Shown here in pieces: positions 1 to 13,830 of a stretch of DNA of 64,000 nucleotides. The translations under genes and the position numbers were made by a program. The notes beneath the pieces are model-generated. The model saw nothing but the letters and a program-made list of their open reading frames with translations, did no database searches and was not told the DNA's origin. Origin of the DNA: Malacoraja senta (taxonomy: Eukaryota); assembly GCA_038087875.1 (NCBI GenBank), contig CM075996.1:6388001-6452000 (forward strand), in the 5' to 3' direction. Every line of letters begins with the position of its first letter. The first letter of the stretch is position 1.

Positions 1-685
1 CATTCTCCTGCCTTCTCCCCATAACCCCTGACACCCGTACTAATCAAGAATCTATCTGTCTCTGCCTTCAAAATATCCACTGACTTGGCCTCCACAGCCT
101 TTGCGGCAAAGAATTCCACAGATTCACCGCCCTCTGACTAAATGTTGCAGAGAAGAAACTGTATGGGACGGTATCATAGAAACATAGAATACAGGTGCAG
201 GAGTAGGCCATTCGGCCCTTCGAGCCAGCACCGCCATTTAATATGCTCATGGCTGATCATCCCAAATCAGAATCCTGTTCCTGCTTTCTCCCCATATCCC
301 TTGATTCCGTTAGCCCCAAGAGCCAAATCTAGCTCTCTCTTGAAAACATCCAGTGAATTGGCCTCCACTGCCTTCAGTGGCAGAGAATGTATCATTAACA
401 ATCAGTGTAATTCTATAGCACAATAGGTTGATTAAACCTACCCTCATATCAAACCTCGATTCCCCTGCTCTGGGCAAGAGACTACGTGTGTCTACCCAAT
501 CTAGTTCTCTCATGGTTTTGTACACCTCTATAAGATCACCTCTCATCCTCCTGCGCTCCAAGGAGTAGAGTCCTAATTTGCTGAACCTCTCCCTGGAGCT
601 CAGGCCTTCGAGTCCTGGCAAAATCCTCGTAAATCGTCTCTGCACCCTTTCCAGCCTGGCAACATTGATCGGACTTCTCAATACG

Positions 686-1120
686 ACATATGATGAAAGA
701 ATGGGTCAACTGGGCTTGTATTCACTGGAATCTAGAATGATGAGAGGGAATCTTATAGAAACATATAAAATTCTTAAGGGATTGGACAGGCTAAATGCAG
801 GAAAAATGTTCCCCACGTTGGGGGAGTCCAGAACCAGGGGTCACAGTGTAAGAATAAGGAGGGGAGGCCATTTAGGACTGAGATGAGGAAAAGCTTTTTC
901 ACCCAGAGAGTTGTGAATCTGTGGAATTCTCTGCCACAGAAGGCAGTGGAGGCCAATTCACTGGATGTTTTCAAGAGGGAGTTAGATATAGATGTTAGGG
1001 GTAATAAAATCAAGGGATAAGGGGAGAAAGCAGGAAAGGGGTACTGATTTTGGATGATCAGCCATGATCATATTGAATGGCGGTGCTGGCTCGAAGAGCC
1101 GAATGGCCCACTCCTGCACC
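686..1120 (+). mobile_element. CR1 LINE 3' fragment
   Basis: LGLYSLE.R..RG.LIETYKI..RTRGH motifs followed by the CR1 3' UTR. Confidence 0.85.
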
Positions 1121-1209
1121 CGCTGGCAGGAGTAACCCCTGCTCCTACTGGCTCGAAGGGCCGAATGGCCTACTCTTGCACCTATTTTTCATGTTCCTAT
1201 GTTTCTATG

Positions 1210-1510
1210 TTTAGTTTAGAGAAACAGGCCCTTCGGCCCACCGAGGCCGCGCCGACCAGCGATCCCCGGACATTAACACTATCGAACACACACTAGGGAC
1301 AATTTTTACACATACAACAAACTAATTAACCTACATACCTGTACGTCTTTGGAGAGTGGGAGGAAACCGAAGATCTCGGAGAAAATCCACGCGGGTCACG
1401 GGAGAACGTACAAACTCCGTACAGACAAGCACCCGTAGTGGGGATCGAACTCGGGTCTCCGGTGCTGCAAGTGCTGTAAGGCAGCAATTCTACCGCTGCG
1501 CCACCATACC
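1210..1510 (-). mobile_element. tRNA-derived SINE (elasmobranch HE1/V-SINE-like)
   Basis: tRNA-like head (GGTGGCGCAGCGGTAGA..GTTCGATCC), conserved core and CTAAA tail. Many further copies occur in the window. Confidence 0.85.
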
Positions 1511-1554
1511 GCCTTATGTCTATGTTTAGTATATTCTGACTTCTGGTCACTCAC

Positions 1555-2473
1555 CTCTGCCTGGCTCCTCATAGGCAAACATCTGGTTGTCCACGCCACC
1601 CAAGGCGACACTGCGCGGGTTCGGGGGCGCGCTCTCCATGGGTCCGTCTTCGGTCTTGGCCGGGCAGGTGATGTGGCGGAGCTGGGGGATGATGTAGAAG
1701 AGGAGGAAGACCCAGCCGTTGGCCACTAGGGCGATGCTGAGGGCGGGGTCGTCCCAGGCGGGGCTCCTGCCCAACGAGGCGTTGCCCCTCACCAACATGA
1801 CGATCCACACCACCCAGATGGCGATGGAGAGCAACATGGTGACAAAGACGTGCGCCCCGTACTTCTTCCACTTGGGGTACTGGCCGCAGAGGTGAACATG
1901 GACAGGATGAAGGTGAGGGCCATCAGGAACATGACGTAGATGAGCAGCATGGTGAAGCCGGCGCTGTTGTATTGGCAGGGGCCACCGAAGCTGACGATGA
2001 CCAGCACCAGGTATTCAATGTCAATGATGACTTGGACCAACGTCAGGCATACGACCAAGGCGACCATGCAACATGCCGACGGCCCGGATCCGGACCTCAC
2101 CAACCTCAGCACCCTCCACACCTGGGCCAGCAGACAGGAGAAACAAATGGCGAACAGCACGCCCCAGAGGAAGACCCTGGTGGGACAAGTCCTCTGGGTC
2201 CAACTGGATGATGAAGGCGAACGTCAGGCCGAACAGTCCCATGGTGGCCAGCAGGAAGATGCAGTGAACGGGGACGGAAGCCTTCTTGCGGCTGTCGGTG
2301 ATGAAAGGGGTGATGCCCAGGAAGATCACCGTCAGTATGAAGCTGACGATGACCCCCAGGGCAGCCACCGCCTCCAGCACGATCCCCCACACTGCGTGCC
2401 AGGTCGCACAGGTTGAAGTAGACAGACAGGAGGTCAGGCCCACAGCCCCTGGGTGTGTTCTGGGCAGATCCAT
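1555..2473 (-). CDS. GPRC5: GPRC5-family (RAIG) class C orphan 7TM receptor, main coding exon; three 1-nt frameshifts as assembled; N-terminus lies in the gap
   Basis: Joining three ORF pieces gives ..GSAQNTPRGCGPDLLSVYFNLCDL(D)AVWGIVLEAVAALG..LGLFGLTFAF-like TM2..TCPTRVFLWGVLFAICFSCLLAQ..LCGQYPKWKKYGAH..WDDPALSIALVANGWVFLLFYIIP, all hallmark GPRC5 motifs. The exon ends at a G|GTGAGT donor (1554-1549). Paralog identity (A/B/C/D) is not resolved. Confidence 0.93.
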
Positions 2474-2673
2474 NNNNNNNNNNNNNNNNNNNNNNNNNNN
2501 NNNNNNNNNNNNNNNNNNNNNNNNNNNNNNNNNNNNNNNNNNNNNNNNNNNNNNNNNNNNNNNNNNNNNNNNNNNNNNNNNNNNNNNNNNNNNNNNNNNN
2601 NNNNNNNNNNNNNNNNNNNNNNNNNNNNNNNNNNNNNNNNNNNNNNNNNNNNNNNNNNNNNNNNNNNNNNNNN
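2474..2673. other. Assembly gap (200 N)
   Basis: Run of exactly 200 N. Confidence 1.
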
Positions 2674-3739
2674 GCCTGATATCCAGTCAGCAGAAAGACA
2701 ACACATGATTACAACTGAGCCATGCATGATAAAGGGAAAAGACAGCAAAGTCCGATCAAGTCAAGTCAAGTCTATTCGTCACATACACTCACGGGATGTG
2801 CAGTGAAATGAAAAGTGGCAATGCTCGCGGATTGTGAAAAAAAAACAAAAAAACAGAATGGAGCAGAATCACATATTCACATATTACATATTTGTAGGAG
2901 GGAGGGAAGAAAAAGGAAAAAACCCCAGCAATTTTAAGGATCAAGGATAGTCTGAGGGTCACCAATGAGGTAGATAGTAGTTCTGGTTGTGGTGGGATGA
3001 TTCAGTTGCCTGATAACAGCTGGGAAGAAACTGTCCCTGGAATTGGGGGGGTGCACTTTCACACTTCTGTACCTTTTGCGTGATGGGAGGGGGGAGAAGA
3101 GGGAGAGGCCGGGGTGCGACTGGTCCCCTGATTATGCTGCTGGCCTTGCCCAGGCAGCGTGAGGTTGAGGTTATAGTAGCTCACACCACACCGGGTGAAT
3201 CTGATTTGCCACTTGCCCAAATCCTGATCTTTGATTAAACTAAGTGAGTCTTGACGTTTGTTTTTCCCCTCTCTCTGCCCTGTGTGTTTGGTGCAGAGCG
3301 GATCCCATGCAAAGGTGGATAGTCGGGGGGAGGGGGGGGGGGATCTGGAGGGGAATAACAGAGGCAGGTGGTATCTGGGGAGGGGGCGTGAGAGGTGAGA
3401 GGTGTCATTGTGGAGCTGAGTTATCACAGGGACGTGTAGTGCATTGTGGGACAGAACCTGGGAGGTCCCCTGATAGTTGGCATCAGCTGTGACCGACCGA
3501 CCGACAAGGCGAAAACAAATCCCACAGTGCTGTTCCCTGGGAGCTGAGCTGCAAACATGACACAGGTATAAAGATGGCCCTCTAAACCCTGGTCAAAGCC
3601 CAGACGATTGATCTATTGACCAAGAAGATACAGCTGCAAGGTTCCTGTCACCAAGAGTCAAGACCTTGTCTTATGTCCCAAACTGAACAATGAAATTCTC
3701 TCAGCAGCACAGCAGAATGCGTAAGCATAATGCTCTGTA

Positions 3740-5490
3740 AAATAGGTGCAGGAGGAGGCCATTCGGCCCTTCGAGCCAGCACCGCCATTCATTGTGATCA
3801 TGGCTGATCGTCCCCAATCAATAACCCGTGCCTGCCATCTCCCCATATCCCTTGATTCCACTAGCCCCTAGAGCTCTATCTAACTCTCTCTTAAATCCAT
3901 CCAGTGATTTGGCCTCCACTGCCCTCTGTGGCAGGGAATTCCACAAATTCACAACTCTCTGGGTGAAAAAGTTTTTTCTCACCTCAGTCTTAAATGGCCT
4001 TCCCCTTATTCTAAGACTGTGACCCCTGGTTCTGGACTCGCCCAACATTGGGAACATTTTCCTGCATCTAGCTTGTCCAGTCCTTTTATAATTTTATATG
4101 TTTCTATAAGATTCCCCCTCATCCTTCTAAACTCCAAGCCTAGTGAATACAAGCCTAGTATTTTCAATCTTTCCTCATATGACAGTCCCGCCATCCCAGG
4201 GATCAATCTCGTGAACCTACGCTGCACTGCCTCAATCACAAGGATGTCCTTCCTCAAATCAAGAGACCAAAACTGTACACAATACTCCAGTTGTGGTCTC
4301 ACCAGAGCCCTATACAACTGCAGAAGAACCTCTCTACTCCTATACTGAAATCCTCTTGTTAAGAAGGCCAACATTCCATTAGTTTTCTTCACTGCCTGCT
4401 GTACCTGCACGCCAACTTTCAGTGACTGGTGCACAAGGACTCCCAGGTCTTGCTGTACCTCCCCCTTACCTAACCTAACCCCATTGAGATAATAATCTGC
4501 CCCCTTGTTTTTGCCACCAGTGGATAACCTCACATTTATCTATATTATACTGCATCTGCCACGCGTCTACCCACTCACTCAACCTGTCCAGGTCACCCTG
4601 CAACCTCCTAACCTTTGCGTCATCCGCAAACTTGCTAGTGTTGCCCCCAGTTCCCTCTTCCAAATCATTAATATATATGGTAAACAGTTGCGGCCCCAAC
4701 ACCGAGCCTTGCGGCACTCCACTCGCCACTACCTGCCATTCTGAAAAGGACCCGTTCACTCCTACTCTTTGCTTCCTGTCTGCCAACCAATTTTCTATCC
4801 ACGTCAACACCCTACCCCCAATACCATGTGCTCTAATTTTAGTCACCAGTCTCCCATGCGGGACCTTATCAAAGGCTTTCTGAAAGTCTAGATACACTAC
4901 ATCCACTGGCTCCCCTTCATCCATTTTACTTGTCACATCCTCAAAAAATTCCAGATTAGTCGTGCATGATTTCCCTTTCATAAATCCATGTTGACTTGGA
5001 CTAATCCTTTTACTGCTATCCAAATGCCCCATTATTACCTCTTTAATAATTGACTCCAGCATCTTTCCCACCACCTACGTCAGGCTAACTGGTCTGTAAT
5101 TCCCCCTTTTCTCTCTCTCGCTCCTTTCTTGAAAAGTGGGATAACATTAGCTATCCTCCAATCCACAGGAACTGATCCTGAATCTATTGAACATTGGAAA
5201 ATGATCACCAATGCATCCACTATTTCTAGAGCCACCTCCCCGAGGACCCTGTGATGCAGTCCATCCGGCCCAGGAGATTTATCATCCTCCAGTCCCATTA
5301 GCCTACCCAATACTATTTCTCGCCTAATGAAAATGTCTTTCAGTTCCTCCACGCCCATAGATCCTCTGTCCTCCAGTACATCTGGGAGATTGTTTGTGTC
5401 TTCCTTAGTGAAGACAGATCCGAAGTACCTGTTCAACTCTTCTGCCATTTCCTCGTTCCCCATAATAATTTCACCCGTGTCTGCCTTCAT
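3740..5490 (-). mobile_element. CR1 LINE, 5'-truncated, degenerate RT
   Basis: ORFs contain KSPGPDG, YLDFQKAFDKV, GVPQGSVLGP and FADD, followed by the CR1 C-terminus and 3' UTR. Confidence 0.95.
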
Positions 5491-5505
5491 ACACACACAT
5501 ATACT

Positions 5506-5574
<69 letters not shown>

Positions 5575-5575
5575 C
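5490..5575. repeat. (CA)n microsatellite
   Basis: Visible CA run at the 5' truncation point of the CR1. Confidence 0.95.
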
Positions 5576-6317
5576 TATAGATATAGATGTATACATTTAT
5601 ACATATGTTCATATATCACAAACAAACAAACAAAATAGTGGAGAAAAGACAAAACCAATGCCCCCAAGTCTATGTAGCAGGGATCTCCTGGATCATGGAG
5701 GGGAACTAGTCACCACATCGATCATCTGCCAGGATCCAGTCAACATGCACAGCAGTGGAAACGATTTACTGCCAGGGACAGGGACGGGTCAAAGCTGTGG
5801 TTTAATAACAAATTGAACTGTGGTGATCTAGTCAATGCATTGATCACGGGCAAGGATCTACCAAACAGACGGATGGGGAATATCCAGCGAGAAGGGGGAA
5901 CGGGAGTGAAATCGCGAACCGGCAAATCTCAGCAGGTCCTCAACGCACTGGACCCGGGACACGGTCTCCCCCCCACCCCCCCAACCACTGGAACCGGACC
6001 CCCTTAGACCCGACCCCCCCCCCCCCTCTCTCGCCTGGATCCCAAACCCCCGGGACCTGGACCCCCGGGACGCGGCCACGCCACCTCTAGAGCGCTCCTC
6101 CTCGGTCCCCCCGCTTCAGAGACCCCTTCCTTCTTCCCCGGCTTCTCAAACCGAGGGCAACCGAGGGCTTGGAGAAACCGAGTGAAGAAGAAACGAAGGG
6201 AGAGACAAAAATAAAGTTTAAAAAAAAGAGAGAAAACAGCCCAGAGGTGGCTGCTTAGTCCGAGGTGCCGCCGAGCGAGCAGAGCGGAGAGGTGGGACAG
6301 AGCTGTGGGCGCCTTAC

Positions 6318-6720
<403 letters not shown>

Positions 6721-8539
6721 CTCTCTCTCTCTGGACTCTTCAACCTGTTTCCACGCCTTTAAAAAAAAAAAAAAAATGAAATGTTACTTCACTTGCAAAA
6801 CCTCCAGTTCCTCCCAGCTTGTTTATTTATCACCGCGCCACGATTCCCCCCCCCCCCCCCCCCCGGACCAGCTCTTTGCAAGCTTGGAGAGGAGCTGCAT
6901 TTCCATAGCGCCTGCCTGTCCTGCTGAGTTACTCCAGCATTTTGTGTCTACCTTCGATGTTCTTTAAATGTTAGCCATAATTTTTTTTAACTGTCACAAT
7001 CTACTATAGTGAAATTCCACCTCATAGAGTCATAAAGTCATACAGTGTGGAAACAGGCCCTTCGGCCCAACTTGCCCACACCAGCCAACATGTCCCATCT
7101 GCACTAGTCACACTGTCTTTGGCCCATATCCCTCTAATAATCCATGTTGTCTAAGTGTTTCTTAAACATTGTGACAGTCCCTGCCTCAACGACCTCCTCC
7201 GGCAGCTCGTTCCATACACCCATCACCCTTTATGTGAAAAGGTTATCCCTCAGATTCCTATGAAATCTTTCCCCCCTCACCTTAAACCTATACCCTCTGG
7301 TTCTGGCTTCCGATCCAGGTAAGCCCCACTGGCTGCTGCAGGGCCTCCTCCGTCACCTGTCACCTGTGATCTGCGTGGGTTTTAACCGGGTGCTCCGGTT
7401 TTTACCAAAGATAGACACACAGCGCTGGAGTAACTCAGCGGGTCAAGCAGCATCTCTGGAGAAAATGGACATCGTCTATCCATGTTCTCTGGAGATGCTG
7501 CCTGACCTGCTGAGTTACTCCAGCACTGTGTGTCGATCTTTGGCAGAACTAGTGTCTTCTCTCACTCTTCACTTTTTACATTACGATTCTGTGATGTGGT
7601 TTTGATGCCATTTGCTACGATAGTGTGAAGGTCACAGTGGTGCAGCGGCAGAGTTGCTGCCTTAAAATTGATCCATTTTTAGTCGCAGGTCTAGTCGAAG
7701 CCGGTTTTCTTCATAGTCGAGGAAGGTTTTCAACATATGCGTGGGAGGTGGTAGGAGGTTACAGGTCACCTCGACCTTGATATTTTTTTGGGTGGCGGGC
7801 AAGGTCACCAGAGGTTGCTGTTTAGGTCTCCTAAGTGGGACAGGCCCTTTACAGCGGCGGAGACGCGTGGTCGATCCCGACTACGGGTGCTGTCTGTACG
7901 GAGTTTGTACGTTCTCCCCGTGACCTGCGTGGGTTTTCTCCGAGATCTTCGGTTTCCTCCCACATTCCAAAGACGTACAGGTTTGTAGGTTAATTGGCTT
8001 GGTTAAATGTAAAAATTGTCCCGTATAAATTGTCTAACTTCCAGTATAGTCCCTGGTGGACTCTTCGGAAGTGATGACCACAAGGTCTGGTTACCATATT
8101 GAGTGATGTTTGTGTAAATTTTCTGACCTACGAAAAAATAACTTAAGGTGAGTACAGTGAAAAGCTTTGTTTTGCAAGCTATTCATGTAACTATTAAAAA
8201 CCATTTAAAAAAAAAACATTAAAAAATACAGCATCTGAAATTCCTTGTATCTAGCTCATCGTACATTCTGTTTTCGAAACAATGTCATCAAAGCCAAACA
8301 GCGCGGAGATTTTAGGATTCCTGAAATTCTTTCGTAGAACTGCTTACTGTAAGGTTCATGGTGAAATGCTATAGCAGGAACTAACTTGCCAGTTCACTCT
8401 AAGTCCGTAATTGTTTCCTGTTACAAGGCAGTAACTGCAAGAAAGGCGCAGCTGGATAGACACAGGAGGAGGAAGAGAGCAGGAGGAGATGGTATTAAAA
8501 GGAGCATCCTTTAACTGTAAATAGACACAAAATGCTGGA

Positions 8540-9175
8540 GCGCATTGGCCTTCATCAGTCAGAGTATTGAGTATAGAAGTTGGGAGTTCATGCTGCAGTT
8601 GTATAAGACGTTGGTGAGACCGCATTTAGAAAATTGTTTAAGAAAGAAATGGTGATGGTGGAAAAATCGAAGGTAGACAAAAAAGCTGGAGAAACTCAGC
8701 GGGTGAGGCAGCATCTATGGAGCGAAGGGACAGGCGACGTTTCGTGTCGAGACCCTTCTTCAGAATATTGTGTTCAGTTCTGGGCACCATGTTATAGGAA
8801 AGATATTGCTTGAAAGGGTTCAGAAAAGATTTACGAGGATGTTGCCAGGACTAGAGGGTGTGAGCTACAGGGAGAGGTTGGGCAGGCTGGGTCTCTATTC
8901 CTTGGAGCACAGGAGGATGAGGGGTGATCTTATAGAGGTGTACAAAATCATGAGAGGAATAGATCGGGTAGATACATAGAGTCTCGTGCCCAGAGTAGGG
9001 GTATCGAGGACCAGAGGACATAGGTTCAAGGTGAAGGGGAAAATAATTAAAAGGAATCCGAGGGGTCACTTTTTCACACAAAGGGTGGTGGGTGTATGGA
9101 ACAAGCTGCCTGAGGAGGTAGTTGAGTCTGGGACCATCCCATCATTTAAGAAACAGTTCGACGGGTACATGGGTT
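8540..9175 (+). mobile_element. CR1 LINE fragment interrupted by a short repeat
   Basis: LERVQKRFTRMLPGL..LGLYSLE..TRGHRFKV motifs. Confidence 0.8.
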
Positions 9176-9654
9176 GGCCTGTGTACATTGTTGGCCTGTG
9201 TGGGCAAGTTGGCTGAAGGGCCTGTTTCCACACTGTATCTCTCTATGACTCTATAACTCTAACTCAGCGGGTCAGGCAGCATCTCCGGAGAAAAGAAATG
9301 GGTGATGTTTCGGGTCGAGACCCTAGTACTGAGTGGAAAAGCTGCCCCTCAGGTTCCTTTTAAATCTTTCCCCTATTCACCTTACACCCATATATTCCAG
9401 TTCTTGATTCCCATACTCTGGGTTAAAGACCTTATCTATTCACCTTATCTTAGCATTCACCTTAGCATTCACCTTATCTATTCCCCTCATGATTTTACAC
9501 ACCCCTATAAGATAACCCCACAGCCTCCTGCATTCCAAGGAACAAAGTCCAAGCCTGCCCAACCTCTCCCCGTAGCCCAGGCTTTCTAGTCCTGGCTACA
9601 TCCTCGTAAATCTTCTCTCCGCTCTTAACAGTTTAGTGTCATCCTTCCTATGGC

Positions 9655-9930
9655 ACGGGCAGTAGAGACCCGGGTTCGATCCCGGACTGCGGCTGCTGTC
9701 CGTACGGAGTTTGTACGTTCTCCCCGTGACCGGGTGGGTTTTCTCCGGGTGCTTCGTTTTCCTCCCTCACTCCAAAGGCGTACAGGTTTACAGGTTAATT
9801 GGCTTTGGTAAAAAATTGTAAATTACCCCGAGTGTGTGTAGGATAGTGTTAGTGCGCGGGGATCGCCGGTCGGCCCGGGCTAGGTGGGCCGAAGGGCCAG
9901 TTTCCGCGCTGCATCTCTAAACTAAACTAA
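9655..9930 (+). mobile_element. tRNA-derived SINE
   Basis: B-box GGTTCGATCC, SINE core and (CTAAA)n tail. Confidence 0.85.
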
Positions 9931-10696
9931 GAGCAGGGTGACCAAAACTGAACACAATACTCAAAATGTGTCTGGACTTTCCCTTAACCTTGAGTTAAGC
10001 CGGTCCCTTATTATCAGCTGTACCTTTGGATTGCCGGACTCGGGGAAACCACCTCAAAATGCACCTCTTTTGATAAAGTTTCCTCCTGAAACATTAACTC
10101 TCGTACACTGGGCAGTACTGGCTCGATGGGCCGAATGGCCTACTCCTGCACCTATTGTCTATTGTCTATTGTTTCTCATCTACCTGCCTTCCTTAAAGAG
10201 TGCTTCCAGCATTTTCAGCTTTGAGTTTAGGTTTCCCAACCCCCCCCCCCCCCCCCCCCCCATCTCCAGCTTTATTTAATTTTATTTTTTGAATTCAATG
10301 GCCAAACATTTGGTTGCCTGCCCTTATATCTCCTGTGATCCAGGATTAGTTTTTCTCTGGCGGACGTGCCCGAGAGGCATCATGAGGTCATTCGAAACTC
10401 TGAAAGTTGCGTGACTGCATCTGAAATCTTTGGATATATTGTTTGATTTATTATTACACAAGACCGGTGTGTCTAGTTTTGCCAGTCCTTGACATATAGT
10501 CCGTCACGTGGCAAAGTATGCTTACTGGGAGCTATGATGCCACATTGAGACGCTCTGAGTCAAGCAGTCCTGCTTATTCTAATACTAGTTCAAGAGGCCA
10601 CAGTCAGACGTTGCTAGGAGGTGTGTGGCATTAATGACCCATCCCACACCCACCCAGCCTCACCCACCCTGAGCTCATTTCCCATCAGTGTTTCAG

Positions 10697-11165
10697 GAAT
10701 GAGTAGGTTAACCTATGGCGAGCTTATGTCAACACTGGGCCTGTACTCGCTGGAGTTTAGAAGAACGGGGGGACGGGACCTCATTGAAACATGCAGAATA
10801 GTGAAAGGCTTGGATAGAGTGGATGTGGAGAGGATGTTTCCTCTGGTGAGAGAGTATAGGACTCGAGGTCATAGCCTCAGATTTAAAGGACGTTCTTTAA
10901 AGAAGGAAACGAGGAGAAATATTTTTAGTCAGAGGGTGGTGAATCTGTGGAATTCTTTGCCACAGACGTCTGAGGAGGCCTAGTCAGTGGATATTTTTAA
11001 GGAAAAGATAGATAGATTCTTGATTCGTACAGGTGTCAGAGGTTACGGGGAGAAGGCAGGAGAATGGGGTTCGGAGGGAGAGATAGATCAGCCACGATTG
11101 AATGGCGGAGTAGACTTGATGGGCCGAATGGTCTAATTCTACTCCATTCATTTATGACCTTATGA
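10697..11165 (+). mobile_element. CR1 LINE 3' fragment
   Basis: LGLYSLEFRR..RTRGHSL..RVVNLWNSLP. Confidence 0.85.
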
Positions 11166-11369
11166 CTACTTTTAGGGCGGTGATGTTCTCACCAGATCGA
11201 GATGCTGAGATGGGTCCAACATTGCATCCCCACGCATGTTGCAACGCACGTCAAGAGTCAAGAGTCAACAGTGTTTTATTGTCATAGGTTCAATGGAACA
11301 ATGAAATTCATACTTGCAGCAGCACAAAGGCTATTTAAACATAGTATGAAAGATGGACAAGTCAAGAGT

Positions 11370-11940
11370 CAAGAGAGTTTATTGTCATGTGCCCCAGATA
11401 GGACAATGACATTCTTGCTTTGCTTCAGCACAACAGAATATTGTAGGCATAAATACACAACAGATCAGTGTGTCCATTTACCATAAATATATATATATAC
11501 ACACATCAATAAACAGATAAAGTGCAATAGGCTGTTATAGTTCATAGTTTGTTTGAAGTTGTGTTTAATAGCCTGATGGCTGTGGGAAGATGCTGTTCCT
11601 GAACCTGGATGTTGCAGATTTCAGGCTCCTGTACCTTCTACCTGATGGCAGCGGAGAGATGAGTGTGTGGCCAGGATGGTGTGGGTCCTTGATGATGCTG
11701 CCAGCCTTTTTGAGGCAGCGACTGCGATAGATCCCCTCGATGGAAGGGAGGTCAGAGCCGAGGATGGACTGGGCAGTGTTTACAACTTTTTGCAGCCTTT
11801 TCTGCTCCAGGGCGCTCAGGTTTCCGAACCAAGCCACGATGCAACCGGTCAGCATGCTCTCTACTGTGCACCTGTAGAAGTTCGAGAGAGTCCTCCTTGA
11901 CATACCGACTCTCCGTAATCTTCTCAGGAAGTAGAGGCAG
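11370..11940 (-). mobile_element. Rex1/Babar-like LINE 3' fragment
   Basis: LYFLRRLR..FYRCTVES.L..AWFG..DPHHPGH..LPSGRRYRS C-terminal motif. Confidence 0.85.
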
Positions 11941-12299
11941 CTATGCTGGAGTAATATCAGAGGTGAGGTATAAACGGACACAATGGAAGGGTGGTTGGTT
12001 TGTGTGATGGTCTGGGCTGTGTCCACAATTCTACACTGGGTGTAGGAAGCAACTGCAAATGCTGGTTTAAACCGAATATAGACGCAAAAAGCTGGAGTAA
12101 CTTAGTGGGACAGGCAGCATCTCTGGAGAGAAGGAATGGGTGACCTTTCGGGTCGAGACCCTTCTTCACACAAGAAGGGTCTCAACCCAAAATGCCACCC
12201 ATTCCTTCTCTCCAGAGATGCTGCCTGTCCTGCTGAGTTACTCCAGTTTTTTGTGTCTATTCTACACTGGGGGATGGGTTATATATCGATCATAATGGA

Positions 12300-13110
12300 C
12301 AACAGACAATAGGTGCAGGATTAGGCCATTCGGCCCTTCGAGCCAGCACCGCCATTCAATGTGATCATGGCTGATCATCCCCAATCAGTACCCCGTTCCT
12401 GCCTTCTCCACATATCCCCTGACTCCGTTATTTTTAAGAGCCCTATCTAGCTCTCTCTTGAAAGCATCCAGAGAACCTGCCTCCACTGCCCTCTGAGGCA
12501 GAGAATTCCACAGACTCACCACTCTCTGTGAGAAATAGTGTTTCCTCGTCTCCGTTCTAAATGGCTTACCCCTTATTCTTAAACTGTGGCCCTTGGTTCT
12601 GGTCTCCCCCAACATCAGGAACATGTTTCCTGCCTCTAGCGTGTCCAAGCCCTTAACAATCTTATATGTTTCAATGAGATTTCCTCTCATCCTTCTAAAC
12701 TCCAGAGTGTACAAGCCCAACTGCTCCATTCTCTCAGCATATGACAGTCCCGCCATCCCGAGAATTAACCTTGTAAACCTACGCTGCACTCCCCCAATAG
12801 CAAGAATGTCTCTCCTCAAATTAGGGGACCAAAACTGCACGCAATACACCAGGTGTGGTCTCACTGGGGCTCTGTACTACTGCAGAAGGACCTCTTTGCT
12901 CCAATATTCGATTCCTCTTGTTATAAAGGCCAACATGCCATTCACTTTCTTCACTGCCTGCTGTACTTGCATGCTTACTTTCATAGACTGATGTACAAGG
13001 ACCCCCAGATCCCGTTGTACTTCCCCTTTTCACAACTTGACGCCATTTAGATAGTAATCAGCCTTCCTGTTTTTGTGACCAAAGTGGATAACCTCACATT
13101 TATAACCTCA
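12300..13110 (-). mobile_element. CR1 LINE 3' fragment
   Basis: RPHL.YCVQFWSP..TLEFRRMRG..RVVSLWNSLP. Confidence 0.9.
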
Positions 13111-13522
13111 CCTTCTGCTTGCCCCCATTCACTCTGTGGGCATGAGGTGTGTGATCCCACCCATTGGCAGTTCCAACCAGGTGATTCCTTGCAACATCCA
13201 TAGAAACATAGAAAAATAGTTTTAGGAGTAGGCCATTCGGCCCTTCGAGCCAGCACCGCCATTCAATTTGATCATGGCTGATCATCTAAAATCAGTACCC
13301 CGTTCCTGCATTTTCCGCATATCCCTTGATTCCTTCAGCCCTAAGAGCTAAATCTAACTCTCTCTTGAGGTACAAACTCCATCGTGTCACTGAGACCGCT
13401 CATTGTTTCATTGTTCCTTTGTCGTACCTATGACAATAAAACACTCATGACCCAAGACTCAACTCCTTTACTATTTGTTTTACTCATTCACAGGATGTGG
13501 GTGCGGCTGGCTGGGATAGAGG

Positions 13523-13830
13523 GCGGCACGGTGGCTCAGCGGTAGTGTTGCCTCCCTGTGACTTAAGACCCAGGTTCGATCCTGACTACGGGCGCTGTCT
13601 GTACGGAGCTTGTACGTTCTCCCCGTGACCTGCGTGGGTTTTCTCCGGGTGCTCTGGTTTCCTCCCACACTCCAAAGACGTGCAGGTTTGTAGGTTAATT
13701 GGCTTTGGTAAAGTTATAAATTGTCCCTAGTGTGTAGGATAGCGCTAGTGTACGAGGTGGGATCGCTGGTCGGCGTGGACTCGGCGGGCCGAAGGGCCTG
13801 TTTCCGAGCTGTATCTCTAAAGTCTAAAGT
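13523..13830 (+). mobile_element. tRNA-derived SINE, near full length
   Basis: GGCACGGTGGCTCAGCGGTAG head, B-box, core and tail. Confidence 0.9.

Noticed and set aside
2286..2806. ORFs spanning the N run
   Set aside because: Artefacts of the 200-N gap.
10587..10600. DR2-like AGTTCA-AG-AGGCCA as a retinoic-acid response element for GPRC5
   Set aside because: One mismatch and expected by chance; no conservation evidence is available.
13523..13600. tRNA-like heads at many positions
   Set aside because: They are SINE 5' regions followed by the SINE core, not tRNA genes.
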